A stretch of DNA of 64,000 bases from Callorhinchus milii (Eukaryota), in the NCBI RefSeq assembly GCF_018977255.1, contig NW_024704743.1, forward strand, positions 73,782,001 through 73,846,000. Reading direction: 5' to 3'. The position numbers and the translations under genes were made by a program. The notes under the pieces were generated by a model. The model ran no database searches, was not told the origin of the DNA, and worked only from the letters and a program-made list of their open reading frames with translations. Shown here piece by piece: positions 49,925 to 62,171 of the stretch (positions are counted from its first letter, which is position 1; every line of letters starts with the position of its first letter).

Positions 49925-50360
49925 CTGCCTCTTGAGCCAGACAGGTCCAAGTACACCAAGACACTGTTGATCACAGACCAAACAGTCTGGCTCATCACCA
50001 AGATTTGAAGGAGTAGACCAGTCATTGGGGGCAGGGCTTCTGTTAACCCTGCAAGCCAAAGCCCCTAAAGGGTGGAGTGGCCCCAGACAAGCTTGGATAG
50101 CCTGGAAGCTTGCCAATGTACAAGTTGTGTGATTTTAGCAGATTAAATTCCAGCAGTATCTGGGGCCTCTGTGGTTCCCCTCATCTCGACTCTTGGCAAT
50201 CTGTGCCTAAACTTTCCAGGATTAGGTAAGCAGAGTTTGTCCCTCCAGGGACATAATGCACACTCCATACCAGACAAACAGACTCTCACCAGTTTGTTCT
50301 GGATACCCTTAAGCATGGTGATGGGTTTCTGCGTGTGTCAGACACTTGGCCGGCCAAAAC
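49925..50360 (+). mobile_element. Family X copy with the longer middle section
   Basis: ctggctcatcaccaagatttg...cagtcattgggggcagg...ggatacccttaagcatggtgatgggtttctgcgtgtgtcagacacttggccggccaaaa. Confidence 0.72.
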
Positions 50361-51131
50361 GAAACTTCCATGAAATGTCTAAGGACTCTGCTCAGAAGCA
50401 GTGGGCCCTACAAAACATCTAAAATTAGGGAATGAGGTAATTACCTCTGAATGAAGTAGTCACCAGTGAATTACAAGAGCCAAATGTTAAATGATAGTGT
50501 ATCTATTTCCCATGGTAGGAATTTTAAGTAAGCAGTGAATAATTCCAAAAAGTGTACAATATCTCTTTTTAACAGTAAGAAGTATGAGCAGAAATCAGAT
50601 ATTTTTTCAGTACAGAAGGCCACTGAGCCCATTGTGCCTGTGCATGTTCTCTGTGGAAGAGAGAACCATTTAACCCACTTCCTGCCTTTTTCCCATCCTC
50701 TTTTATATTTTTTCCGATTTGAAAAGAATTGTGAAATCCACTTCACCAATGAAGCAAAAGCCGTCAAAGTATTTAAGAGGGAATGTAATGCAAATATGAG
50801 GGAAAATGGAATAGAAGGGTATAGGAGAAAGGAATAGTGGAGAAAGTGGAGAATAAACACTGGCACGGACTAGTTGGGCCGATTGGCCTGTATCTGTGCC
50901 ATATTGTTGTAAGTGATTCTATGTGGAAAGCTGTGGTATACATTTTACATGGTTTAAGATTCCAATTGCTTTGTCTCGATGGGGACATAATAAAAGATTT
51001 CAGCCAAGACATTGTACGATACAAATTAAGTTGCGCTTACTCAGTGTAGTGATTTGGCAAGGGAAGGGACAATCTGTTGGATTTAAAGTGCAGACATTAA
51101 TTGCCGACTCTGGTTTAATTTTTTTTAATAG

Positions 51132-51255
51132 GCTTGTGCTCCGCTATATCATTGGAGAGCCCTTAAGGTAACTCAAGAGAAAGACCCAGTTGGCACCTGT
51201 TATGTGGCAGTTCAGAATTTCAGCACCTACGCAGAATATTCTCCTTGCCGTTCTG
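51132..51255 (+). CDS. ITGA8: ITGA8 exon 4 (124 nt)
   Basis: taatag|GCT TGT ... TCT G|gtaag. Encodes [41 protein letters not shown]. Confidence 0.96.
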
Positions 51256-51741
51256 GTAAGATGAATAAGAGAGTAAACGTTAATGCTTATTTCACATAAT
51301 TTATACTGTTTACATTTTTGCTTATTGCTGTTGTTGTTATGTATCTGTTTATTAAATCTGTTTTGTCAGGCCATCCTTGCATTTGACATAGAGCTTTATC
51401 ACATCGTTGAGGTGTCTCAAAGCACTACGCAGAATGTATTGTAAAGTGGATTGACTGTGTATTTTACCTTGGTGACACATGTATTGTGAGATTTTTTTTC
51501 ACTTGTTATTTGAAAATGCCTGTGGCTATGGTAAAGATGTTCAGGGACTCATGTGAGGAAAATATGTGATATTTTCAGATAAAGACTGTGGCTTAAAATT
51601 GTTTTTGATGACTGGTATGGAATGGCATTCCCTGTTTCCTTTCTTATATTTAATCCACAACATTGTGTGTGAAGTTCAGAATCGTGCATTCCCAAGTGGG
51701 CTCCAGTAAATGACTGAATACGTTCCAGAGTTCTAGATAAT

Positions 51742-52064
51742 ATAATAATAATAATATTTCTTGCATTTAATATAGCGCTTTTCACGTCTTCTCGACGTTT
51801 CAAAGCGCTTCACAGAATATGCTGTAATGTGAATTGACTGTATATTTGTGGGCGAAACACGGCAGCCAATTGTGCACAGCAGTGTCCCACAAACAGTCGT
51901 GGATTGAAAATGACCAATTTATTATTGTTTTTGTTTTGGAGGGATTATTATTATGCGTGTGGAGTAAGGAAACTTGCCCAAGGTTTTGCCCTGACCTGCC
52001 TGGAATTGAACCCAGGTCTCTCGCTTGCCAGGCGAGTGCTCTAACCACTGAGCTACAGGACTCC
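51742..52064 (-). mobile_element. Full-length tRNA-Ala SINE, followed by a second tail fragment (52075-52130)
   Basis: Reverse complement of 24262-24576 at high similarity. Confidence 0.9.
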
Positions 52065-53576
52065 ACAAAACACACAATAATAATAATAATCCTTGCATTT
52101 GATATAGCGCTTTTCACATCTTCTCGACAGATGCTTTATAAAAAGAAACTTGTCATTTAGAGTGAAAAATGAATTAAATATTTACAAATTAATTTCATAC
52201 CAAAATCATAAACCAGCATTGCCCTCATCTTAAATTATCATTTAAGACCTTTAACATACTGGCAAATATTTGGTACATATAATAAATAATAATAAGCTGT
52301 GTATTTGATATCATGCCTTCCACTTTGGGAGGACGGCCCAAAGTGCTTAACAGGGTTTACTGTAAAGTGCAGTGATTGTTTCGCCCACAAATATACGGTC
52401 AATTCACTTTACAGTCTATTTTGTGAAGCACTTTGAGATGTCGACAAGAAAATCGCTATATCAAATGCAAGGATTATTATTATTATTATTGTGTATTTTG
52501 CATGCAAATCTAATGTTGTAAATGAGACAATTGCAGTGTTTATTGTTTTAGAATCTTGCCCTACAATTAACAAAATCAGTCAAAACCCCTTTCAAAGATG
52601 CCCACATGGAAGCAGATAATCAGTTACAATGAAAACTCTCCTTCAACAGTCACCGAGGGGTGTCTTTGATGTAAACTCATTAAACCTGGCTGTTCCAGCA
52701 ACAGAACTTGCTATAAACATTCCTAATCGGGTGGCGGAACCCTTTATGGTCTGCTTGAATATATTTTGCAGCAGTCAGTATGAAGGAGTTACTTCCATGT
52801 TTATATACATAACATAAATGCCAGGAATGGTCTAGTGCCCTTCAACACTTAGATGTAAAGAGCAGTACTTCACATGCTGTTAGGTTAAAAAGACAAACGT
52901 GTCAACCAAATTACAGAGGCAGTTCACTGCATGTGATGTTTGACCGGTAGAGTTTGAATTCTAGTCTGGACCTAATTACAAACTTATCCACATCTCAGTT
53001 AAGCTGTAACCAAATGGAGAACTGTTTGATAGCCATTTATCAGAGGATAAAAGAACCCAGAAACTCATTTTCCATAGGTTAACACTGAATCACCATTTCT
53101 GGTTAACTCACTCACAAAAACACAGTCAGTACACGTTACAGTAAATTTGCACCTGAAATGGAGGTGGAGTCCACAAAATATACAGTCAATTGACTTTGCA
53201 GTATATTTTGTGAAGTGATTTGAGATGTCTCGAAGACGTGATAAGATGCTATATCCAATGCAAGGATTATTATTATAAATCCTGTGATGCACTTTGGGAT
53301 GCCCTCCTGACATGAAAGGCTAAACCAAATGTAAGGATTATTATTATTACTGTAATTAATACTGGCCCACCATTACTGATTAACACTTGTCCACCATCTT
53401 AAACTGAAGCTGGGGCCTTGTGAAGCAGCATTGAAACACTACTCTGCACAAATGGCAACAATGGCGACGTAATCACTAATAGTAACAGTGGCGTTAGTGG
53501 ATTTTTCGATTTGCCTCCAGGCTCAACCATTCAGTTAAAGTCATCTGAAGTTTTCCTTGAAGCCCCACACACCATT

Positions 53577-53896
53577 TAATAATAATAATAATAATCCTTG
53601 CATTTGATAAAGCGCTTTTCACGTTGGGAGGACGTCCCAAAGCGTTTCACAGAACACACTGTAAAGTGAATTGACTGTATATTTGTGGGTGAACGCGGCA
53701 GCCAATTGCGCACAGCAATGTCCCACAAACAGTCGTAGATTGAAAATGACCAATTTATTATTGTTTTTGGTTTTGGAGGGATTATTATTAGGAGTGTGGA
53801 GTAAGGAAACTTGCCCAAGGTTTCGTCCTGCCTGGAATTGAACTCAGGTCTCTCGCTTGCAAAGCGAGTGCTCTAACCACTGAGCTACAGGACTCC
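53577..53896 (-). mobile_element. Full-length tRNA-Ala SINE ending ~90 bp upstream of ITGA8 exon 5
   Basis: Reverse complement of 24262-24576; intact A and B boxes. Confidence 0.9.
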
Positions 53897-53986
53897 GTGT
53901 ATTTACACTCACACCCCACAGACCAGTCATGGACAGTCCATAGATACAAGGATTACCTTTTAATGTATGTTCTATACCTATTGCAG

Positions 53987-54048
53987 ATAATGCGGATCCC
54001 GAAGGCCAAGGGGTCTGCCAAGCAGGATTCAGCCTTGATTTCACTCAG
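53987..54048 (+). CDS. ITGA8: ITGA8 exon 5 (62 nt)
   Basis: ttgcag|AT AAT ... ACT CAG|gtaagt. Encodes (D)NADPEGQGVCQAGFSLDFTQ; NADPEGQG distinguishes alpha-8 from alpha-V and alpha-5. Confidence 0.95.
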
Positions 54049-54456
54049 GTAAGTGGGTCAAAGTTTTCCTGGATACTTTCTGTTAGAGTAGGTAAAGGAA
54101 ACAATCTCAAAGCACAGAAATCAGGGTGGGATAGAGCAGGAAGCTGGGGTTTGAAAAAATCTGAATATCTCGATGAGCCATATGCTTTTATTTCCTGTTC
54201 CTACAATTACTTACATTCCTATGAATAACTCCAGATTCTGCAGAATGTATATTGAACAAAGGAGATATCTTTGCTGAGAAAAGGACCATATCACTCATTT
54301 CAGTCGCCCTGATTAATTTGTGGTGGGCGGTTGACCAGCATGATGCAGAAAGCAACAAAAGAACCAACTATCCTCATTCTTTACCCAGTTACTATCGTTT
54401 AGGAACTGCTGATAACCTATTCCTGATAATAAGTTAAAAGAAATTCTGAAAAAGCA

Positions 54457-54830
54457 TTTTTTGGTGAGCCTGGTGTCTGACACACACATAAACCTATCAC
54501 CATGCTTAAGAGTATCCAAACCAAGCTGAGGATTCCACATATGTATATCACCTACATGTGGAAATGTTCCTGTGTTTGGAGTGGAATGCCATATTCCTTC
54601 CATGGTAGGATGCACCTTAATTAATTAACAAAGTATTAGGCGCAGATTGGCAAGCGCCAAGGTTTGCGTTGGGATGCTGATGGAATTTAACCAGTTGAAA
54701 ACGTTCAACTTGCTATCGAGAGCACTGTCTGGCAAGCATTCTGCTGCTTGTCCAGGTAGGTTTACTATCAACATTATGGATTATCTCACAGGGTTAACAG
54801 AACTGAGTGGGCAGATTCTCTGCCCCTACT
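54457..54830 (-). mobile_element. Family X copy
   Basis: T6-ggtgagcctggtgtctgacac...ctggcaagcattctgctgcttgtccag...cagggttaacagaactgagtgg. Confidence 0.7.
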
Positions 54831-54901
54831 CTCTCCTCCATGTGGAGTTCCGTAGCATAGCAGGTAGTGTACTCACCTTTCAAGCAAGAGGACCTGGGTT
54901 T

Positions 54902-55153
54902 GAATGATTTTAAAAAAGCAAATACAACTTAATTGAGAGCAGGATTAACTCTAACAAAAGTAACTAAATAGTAATGATAATCCTGGCTGTAAAGGATTAT
55001 TGCATTTAGACCCACTAGAATGATACAATAGGTTAAGTGTTCTTTCTGTTATAAAGCACCCAGGGGAGGTGAGCAGTAATATAATCTTTCACACGAGGTA
55101 TCAAAGCCCGTATACTTGTGGCAGGATTTGAAGTGACATATTGTAAGAGTCAC
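54902..55153 (+). repeat. Left arm of a ~250-bp inverted repeat (partner 57909-58160)
   Basis: For example, ccactagaatgatacaataggttaagtgttctttctgttataaagcacccagggga is the exact reverse complement of ~57996-58050. Confidence 0.92.
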
Positions 55154-55193
55154 TGGGGGCAGTGAGTCATTCCACTCAGCTCCTATTAGCCCT

Positions 55194-56765
55194 ACAACAA
55201 TAACAAAATTACATTTGTATAGCGTCTTTCACATCAGGAGGACCTACCAAGACACTGGACAGTCAGTGTTTCGGACCCGAGCTGGGGATCTGGATTGTGG
55301 AGGGCAGGGGTGAAGGAGGGTGATCGAAAGCACGGTCGAAGAGGAGGGTCTTGCGATAGGTCTTGAAGGTGGCAAGGGAGGGGACAAGGCGGAGGGACTG
55401 CAGGATAGACATCCAGAGGGTGGGGGCAGAATGGCTGAAGGCCCGCCCACCAATAGTGCGGCAGGCGGGACGGTGGACATGAAGCAAGCCGGAACCCGCT
55501 GAGCAGAGGGAGCGGGCAGGTTGGTAGGGGATTAGGAGGTCGCAGAGGTAAGGGGGGAGTTAGGCCATGGAGGGCTTTGATGGTGAGGACCAGGATATTG
55601 AACTGTATCTTCTGTGTGATGGGAAGCCAGTGGAGTTGGGCGAGGATGAGGTGATAGAGTCATGGAGCCTGGTGTGGGAGAGGACACAGGCTGCAGAGTT
55701 CTGGATGATCTGCAACCTATAGAGGGAGGAGTTGGGGAAGACGACAAGGAGGGAGTTTGCATAGTCAAGCCTGGATGTTATGAATGTGTGTGTGAGGATT
55801 TTGGCGGCCTGTGGTGTGAGACAGTGGCGGAGTCAGGCAATATTGTGGAGGTGGGGGAAGGCAGAGCCGGTTAAGGCACAGATTTGGGGTAAAAAGGATA
55901 GTTGAGGGTCAAACAAGACCTCAAGGTTCTGGACTGGCTTAGCAAGGTGGAGTGTGCATCCATGGATGGTGATGCTGTCAGCTCCTGAGGTGTGGAGGTG
56001 CTAACGGAAGCCAATCAGGAGAGCCTTGGCCTTGCTGACGTTCAACTGAAGAAAGTTCGCTCTCATCCAGGACTTGATGTCCGACAGATATTCTGTCAGC
56101 AGAGCAGTGGTTCTGGAGTCAAGGGTGGAGGCAGAGAGGTAGAGTTGGCTGTCACCCGCATACATGTGGACGTTGACCCCATATCTGCGGATGACGTCAC
56201 CAAGAGGGAGCATATAGATATTGAACAGGAGGGGACCAACGACAGAGCCCTAAGGAACGCTGCACGAGACGGTCCGGGGGCTAGAGGAGATGCCGTTTGA
56301 GGAGATAAAGTGCAGGCGGTGTGAGAGGTACGATCTGAACCAATCGAGGACAGAGCCGTGAAGGTTGAGATGAGAGGAGCGGTGGTGGATGAGGATAGAG
56401 TGGTCAACGGTGTCAAAGGTAGCAGAGAGGTCAAGGACGACGAGGAGGCAGAAGGAACCCTGCTCGCAGATGGGCAGAGTATCATTTGTCACTTTGATCA
56501 GGGTGGTTTCTGTGCTGTGGGTGGCACGGAAACCCGATTGGAGGGGTTCATGAAGGGAGTGGCAGGAGAGGAAGGAGCAAAACTGGGAAGCAACGACTCG
56601 TTCTAGCACCTTGGAGAGGAAAGGGAGGTTTGAGATGGGGCGGTAGTTTGAGAGCAGGAATGGGTCCAGGGAGGGTTTTTTGAGGATAGGAGTGATGACC
56701 ATTTTTAAATGGGTGGGATGGTACCAATGGACAGGGAGAGGTTTATGGTGTCTGTGAGTAGGGCT
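55194..56765 (-). mobile_element. L2 LINE (1.57 kb, 5'-truncated) inserted into a family X copy
   Basis: ORF 56250-56774 has NYRPISNLPFLSKVLERVV...QSGFRATHSTET...LDLSATFDTVDH; ORF 56001-56213 has [10 protein letters not shown] (decayed YADD). Confidence 0.92.
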
Positions 56766-56990
56766 GCAAGCCAAATCCCTAACGGGGAAGGTGGTCCTAG
56801 CTGGACAAGCAGTGGGGAAGCTTGCCAGATGGCAATATCAATGGTAAGCTATGCGATTTTAGTTAGTTAGATTCAAAAGTACCCCAACACTTGGGGTCCA
56901 CAAGCCTTGGCTCTTGCCAAATTGCACCTGATACTTGGGTAAGCAGGATGCGTCCCAGCTGACAAGAAAAAAAATTCTGGCAAATTTCTT

Positions 56991-57226
56991 GGGAGAAATT
57001 CCACCCGGGTATAGATTTACTCAATTTATGCAGCATTTCAGAGTGCTCAGAATTTGGCAATTTGGTGAAATCAGGCTTAACTTAATGTCAGTTTTTTGTA
57101 AATCTTAAGAGGAATTTGAAGAAAACCTACTTCAAATGATAGCTGTATTTATGAAGTTGCCAAATTCTGGGCGATCTAAAACACTGCATAAATAAAGTAA
57201 ATGTAGAGGCAGGTGGAAATTCTCCC
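56991..57226. mobile_element. Palindromic MITE-like element (~70-bp imperfect inverted arms)
   Basis: gggagaaattccacc...atttatgcag...cagaatttggcaa pairs with ttgccaaattctg...ctgcataaat...ggtggaaattctccc|ta. Confidence 0.75.
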
Positions 57227-57908
57227 TATTATTTATATATATATGTTATATTATATGTATATATATTTGCTCTGTGTGTGTGTGTATGTATACGTACATA
57301 CACACACACACGTAAGCTTGTCCACTATCTGGCAATGAAGTCAAGCAGATATATGATGGGGTTCTGGGGACAAAACAGGTGCTTTCTAACAAGTCGGCTT
57401 GAATGGTTTGCTCCCTCTAACAATCAATCTTATGTACAAACTCACTTAGTAGGAACTCATGCAGATCATCGAACAGCAGAGTTGTTAGCCGGGTGCCGTG
57501 TGTATCCAATTTAGCTTCGGAACAAATTAGAATCGTTCTGAGTGCATTCATTCAAAGCTGCACAGAAGGATTCGTTTTCTCTTCGTCTGGGGATGAACAT
57601 CTTAACTGAAAATAAAGTGGAACATTTTATGACAGAGTGTGAAATTGGTAGCTATTGTACCTCCCTGTAGTAAATAAAGTGAGCGGATAGAGAATGAAAT
57701 CACATACTGCAAGTTTTCAATGTCCATGAAACAACCGTATATGAAACTTTAAAGAGAAGATGGCGGGAGGAGTGCCAGGGGCAATCTCAGCAGCTTACGT
57801 GTCCATGTCCTATGTTTCCCACTTGATTCACGACTTTTCATCATTCCTTGACCCCAGTGCTAGACATATCTTTTGCAACAAGTGAGCCAGTGCAAATAGA
57901 AAAAGCAT

Positions 57909-58160
57909 GTAACTCTTAAAATATGTCACTAAGAATCCTGCTACAAGTGTGGGGGTTTTGATACCTTGTGTGAAAGATTATATTGCTGCTCGCTTCCCCT
58001 GGGTGCTTTATAACAGAAAGAACACTTAACCTATTGTATCATTCTAGTGGGCCTAAATGCAATGATCCTTTACAGTCGGGATTATCATTACTCTTCAGCT
58101 ACTTTTTGTTAGAGTTAATCCTGCTCTCAGTTAAATTACATTTGCTTTTTTAAAACATTC
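57909..58160 (-). repeat. Right arm of the ~250-bp inverted repeat
   Basis: Reverse complement of 54902-55153 with scattered substitutions. Confidence 0.92.
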
Positions 58161-58445
58161 TGTTTCTTTGTCTCTTCATCACATATTCATCAATGTGTGG
58201 AATTTTCACACCCACCGATTCGCTCTGTCCCTCACCTCGTTGGAGGTGCTCCTCAACACTTTGACTACGCTTTCAGTCTCTTTCCCATCCCTTCCGCCCC
58301 CAAGCTCGGTATCAAAACCATGATTGTCAAGATCCTCGACACTTCCTCTCAACGTGAAAGGCGTTTTATAAATGTAAATTTGTCTTGTATTGTATTGTTT
58401 GGTGTATTTCTTTTTAACCTTGGTTTAAACATATCTTTTGCACAG

Positions 58446-58491
58446 GATGGGAACCTGGTGCTGGGAGGACCTGGCAGCTTTTACTGGCAAG
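58446..58491 (+). CDS. ITGA8: ITGA8 exon 6 (46 nt)
   Basis: gcacag|GAT GGG ... CAA G|gtaaat. Encodes DGNLVLGGPGSFYWQ(G). Confidence 0.95.
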
Positions 58492-59959
58492 GTAAATCAG
58501 TCATGGGTTTAATGGATTTACTGTAAGAGCAGAGCAAAGAACAAAATATGTGACAATACTATCTCAGAAGCACAAGGTTGTCATTAGTTTAACACGGCAG
58601 TTGGTCAGTCAGACTTCAAGGTACTTAAAGGGTGTAATGTGATTGAGACTTTATTATTGATTGATGTGGGTGCTTGTTATTAGTATAGATTTATTTTTTG
58701 CCTGTAAATCAATAACTCCCAAAATGAGACCAAAGAGGTTAGTTCAAGAGGCTATAGCAAAGTTGTGGATAAAAATGGATTCATTATTTTAACGAAAATC
58801 TTCTGATTTGATTGAGAATAATTTAGTCATCAGTATTTCTAGTCAAGTGTCCACATTCAGCATTCCAGCTGTGCTTTAACAGCTGCTGGGATATTTATAG
58901 GCAAAAAATACTAATAAACAGGAGTTAGAATCATATGCAATATGTAAGGGATGTCCCCCCAAAGTGAAAGGGGCTATACCAATGTAATTTTGTACAAATG
59001 TTGTTGTATACAAATGTCATTTTGTTGTTGCATTAATAACAGTAAATCTTGCATTTGATATAGTATCAGGTAAGATGTTTCAAAATGTATCACTGCATTG
59101 AGGTGTCAGCCTAGACTAGGAGCTCAACGTCCCAACATACGGCTTGAATCCACAACCATTTGACTCAGAGACAAGAGTGCTACAAACTGAGCCACGCTTA
59201 CACATTGATTAGGTGATCTTCCCAGGCACATAACTAATTGTTTTTGACACTGATCAAACATCATGTTTAAGCAAAAGGATAAAACAAGACTCACCACCAT
59301 ATGCTGTGCTTAAGCAGAGATGCTACAAATCTTTTTACAATGCTAAGGTGGTTAATTGGATTTAAGAAAATCTTTAATCGTGCATTTATAGGGTCATCCA
59401 AGGTCATTCAAGTGAAGTATGAATCACTATGGCTTTGCTCTTGGGTTTTACTGCTAGATGTAAAGTATTGCCACTTCCAGCACCAGAGCAATTTGGAACA
59501 GAAATCTGAGCTATATTTTCCTGTCTCAAATGGTCCAACATGGACATTAGTGAGATCTGTTGCAACTAACATTCTTTGAATGTTTATTAATGTGCTGGTA
59601 AAAAATGTTCCTTTAAACTTCACAATTTTTTGAGTGGAAACAGAACCATTTCCATAAGCTGCTTCACAGGCTATATATATCCTCTCACCTTGTCCCTAAT
59701 GCACCAAATATGCTTTTACATTTTTTCTTTACCATTTCTTTCTCCTTCAATTTCCTTCCGCTTTCCTGAAAGCTTTTTGTGCTTTTTTCACCATCTACAA
59801 AAGATAAATTTGACAGACTCAAGGAGGTCAAATCATGACCCCATTTTTTAATAAATAAATGAAAACATCGTGATTTTATTTGCTATGTGTTGCATCCAGT
59901 GCATAATCACAACCTGTTGACATGTGACGAGTTTTGTGAAGCTCTTAAAATATATTTTC

Positions 59960-60500
59960 AAGGGAGATTTTTTTTTGTGTGCCTGCAGGACGCATCAGTC
60001 TACCCACCCAAACTCACTCAGCTCCATGGTCTCCCACTCCCCTAACACATCGAGTTCAACATCCTCATTCTCACCTTTAAATCCCTTCATAATCCCACAA
60101 CACCTAACCTCCTCAAACACTACCCTCTCAGCCATTGCCTTTGCTCAGCAAGCGTCAGCCTGCTTCCTGGTTCCTTGCCCTCCCACACCACGATTGGTGA
60201 GCAGGCTTGTCTGCCTCCAATGTCTAGAGCTCTATCCCAAAGTTCCTCCAGCTCACTCTCTCCCTAACCTCATTGAGGATCCATCTCAAGATCTCTCTGT
60301 TCATCCTCGCTTTTAGTCATCTCCCCACCCTACTCAGCTTCTCACCCCCAATTTAGATGGCAAGCCAGTACTGTTATCAACAACAACAGCAGGTTACATT
60401 TATATAGCGCCCTTCCACACAAACATCTCAGAGTGCTTAAACCACCTTGGGACGTCCTCACAACGTGAAAGTTGTTATACAAATGTAAATTTGTATTGTA
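59960..60500. mobile_element. Degraded L2 fragment plus two tail-only insertions in opposite orientation
   Basis: ctccatggtctccc...atcgagttcaacatcctc; tails at ~60378-60440 (minus) and ~60442-60500 (plus). Confidence 0.6.
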
Positions 60501-60557
60501 TCAAATGTTAGACGTAGTCAGTAACAAACTCCGTTGGGACAGAAGAACAAAATACGA

Positions 60558-61810
60558 TGACAACAAAATTACATTCGTATAGCGCCTTTCATGTCGGGAG
60601 GACATCCCAAGATATCTTACAGTCAGTGTTTTGGACCCCGAGCTGGGGGTCATGATTGGGGAGGGTGAAGGGCAGGGGGACAAGGCGGGTGATCGAAAAC
60701 ACGTTCAAAGAGTAGGGTCTTGAGATGGGTCTTGAAGGAGACAGGGGAGGGGGCGAGGCAGAGGGATTGCGGGATGGAGTTCCAGAGGGTGGAGGCAGAG
60801 TGGCTGAGGAGAAGGAGCGGGCAAGTTGGTAGGGAGCTAGGAGGTCGCAGTAAGGCCATGGAGGGCTTTGAAGGTGAGGACCAGGAGGAGTTGGGGAGAC
60901 CGACAAGCAGGGAGTTTGCATAGTCAAGCTTGGATGTTATGAATGTGTGTATGAGGGTCTCGGTGGCCTGCGGTGTGAGACAGTGATGGAGCCGGGCGAT
61001 ATGGTGGAGGTGGGGGGAAGGCAGAGCGGGTCACGGCATGGATGTGGGGTAGAAAGGATAGTTGAGGGTCAAAGAAGATGCCAAGGTTCCGTAATGGCTT
61101 AATAAAGTGGAGTGTGCATTCATGGATGGTGATGCTGTCAGCACCTGAGGTGAGCTGACAACAACAACTTGCATTTATATAGCACCCTCCACGCCTGGCG
61201 GTGTTTCAGAGTGCTTAACAATGACGGAGCCCGAGGCTGAGCCAGGGGAAGGGAGAAGGTGACTGTAAGTGCTGATGGGAGCCAACCAGGAGGACCTTGT
61301 TCTTGTTGACGTTCAACTGAAGAAAGTTAGCTGTCATCTAGGACTTGATGTCTGACAGACATTTTGTCAGGACAGTAATGGTCCTGGAGTCAAGGGTGGA
61401 GGCAGAGAGATACAGTTGGGTATCATCCGCATAAACAACTATGTCCTATGTCTGTGGATGATGTCACTAACAGGGAGCATATAGATATTGAATAGGAGGG
61501 GACCAAGGACAGAGCTCTGAGGAACACCGCACAAGATGGTGCAGGGCTAGAGGAGAAGCCGTTTGTGGAGTTGAAGTGGAGATGGTGTGAAAGATAGGAT
61601 CTGAACCAGTCAAGGACAGAGTTGTGGAGATTGATGTGAGAGGAGAGGTAGTGGATGGGGATAGAGTGGTCAACGGTATTGAAGGCAGCAGAGAGGTCAA
61701 GGAGGACGAGGAGGCAGAGGGAACCCTGGTTACAGATGGACGGAATGACATTCGTCACTTTGACCAGAGCTGTTTCTGTGTTCTGGGCAGCACGGAAACC
61801 CAATCGGAGA
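60558..61810 (-). mobile_element. L2 LINE with internal deletions and a nested second L2 tail (~61159-61268)
   Basis: ORF 61423-61803 has GFRAAQNTETALVKVTN...LLVLLDLSAAFNTVDH; colinear with 55194-56540. Confidence 0.88.
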
Positions 61811-61839
61811 AAGTTATTGATTTAAAACCTACATTGGGA

Positions 61840-62171
61840 GTTTGATCTCCTAGTCTAGGCTGACAATAGAGTGTAGTTCTGAGGGATCCCTGCATTTTTG
61901 GAGGTGCCATATTTCAGATGAGACTAAGCTGGGGTCCCATCTGCCAGTTGAGTTCACATTTAAAGCCCCATGGCACAATTCAAAAAGAGAAAAGAAGTTT
62001 CTCTCGGTGTGCTGGCCAACAATCCTCCAGTTAAAATTGATGACTCACTTCATGGCTATTTAGGACATTGCGTGCAAATTAGTTGCTATTTTCGCCTAGA
62101 ATAAATCTTGTGAAGCACTTCACAAGTGCCTGGTCACGTCATCAAAATGCCTCAAAGGCAAGGATTATTAT
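61840..62171 (+). mobile_element. Deu-domain SINE fragment with a micro-inverted tail
   Basis: ctagtctaggctgaca...ggaggtgccatatttcagatgagac...ccccatggcacaattcaaa...gctggccaaca. Confidence 0.65.

Noticed and set aside
57556..57582. Peptide SCTEGFVFS resembling the MINDY3 N-terminal RWTQGFVFS (possible pseudogene fragment)
   Set aside because: Similarity covers about six residues, the flanks do not align and a stop follows; most likely chance. TBLASTN with MINDY3 would settle it.
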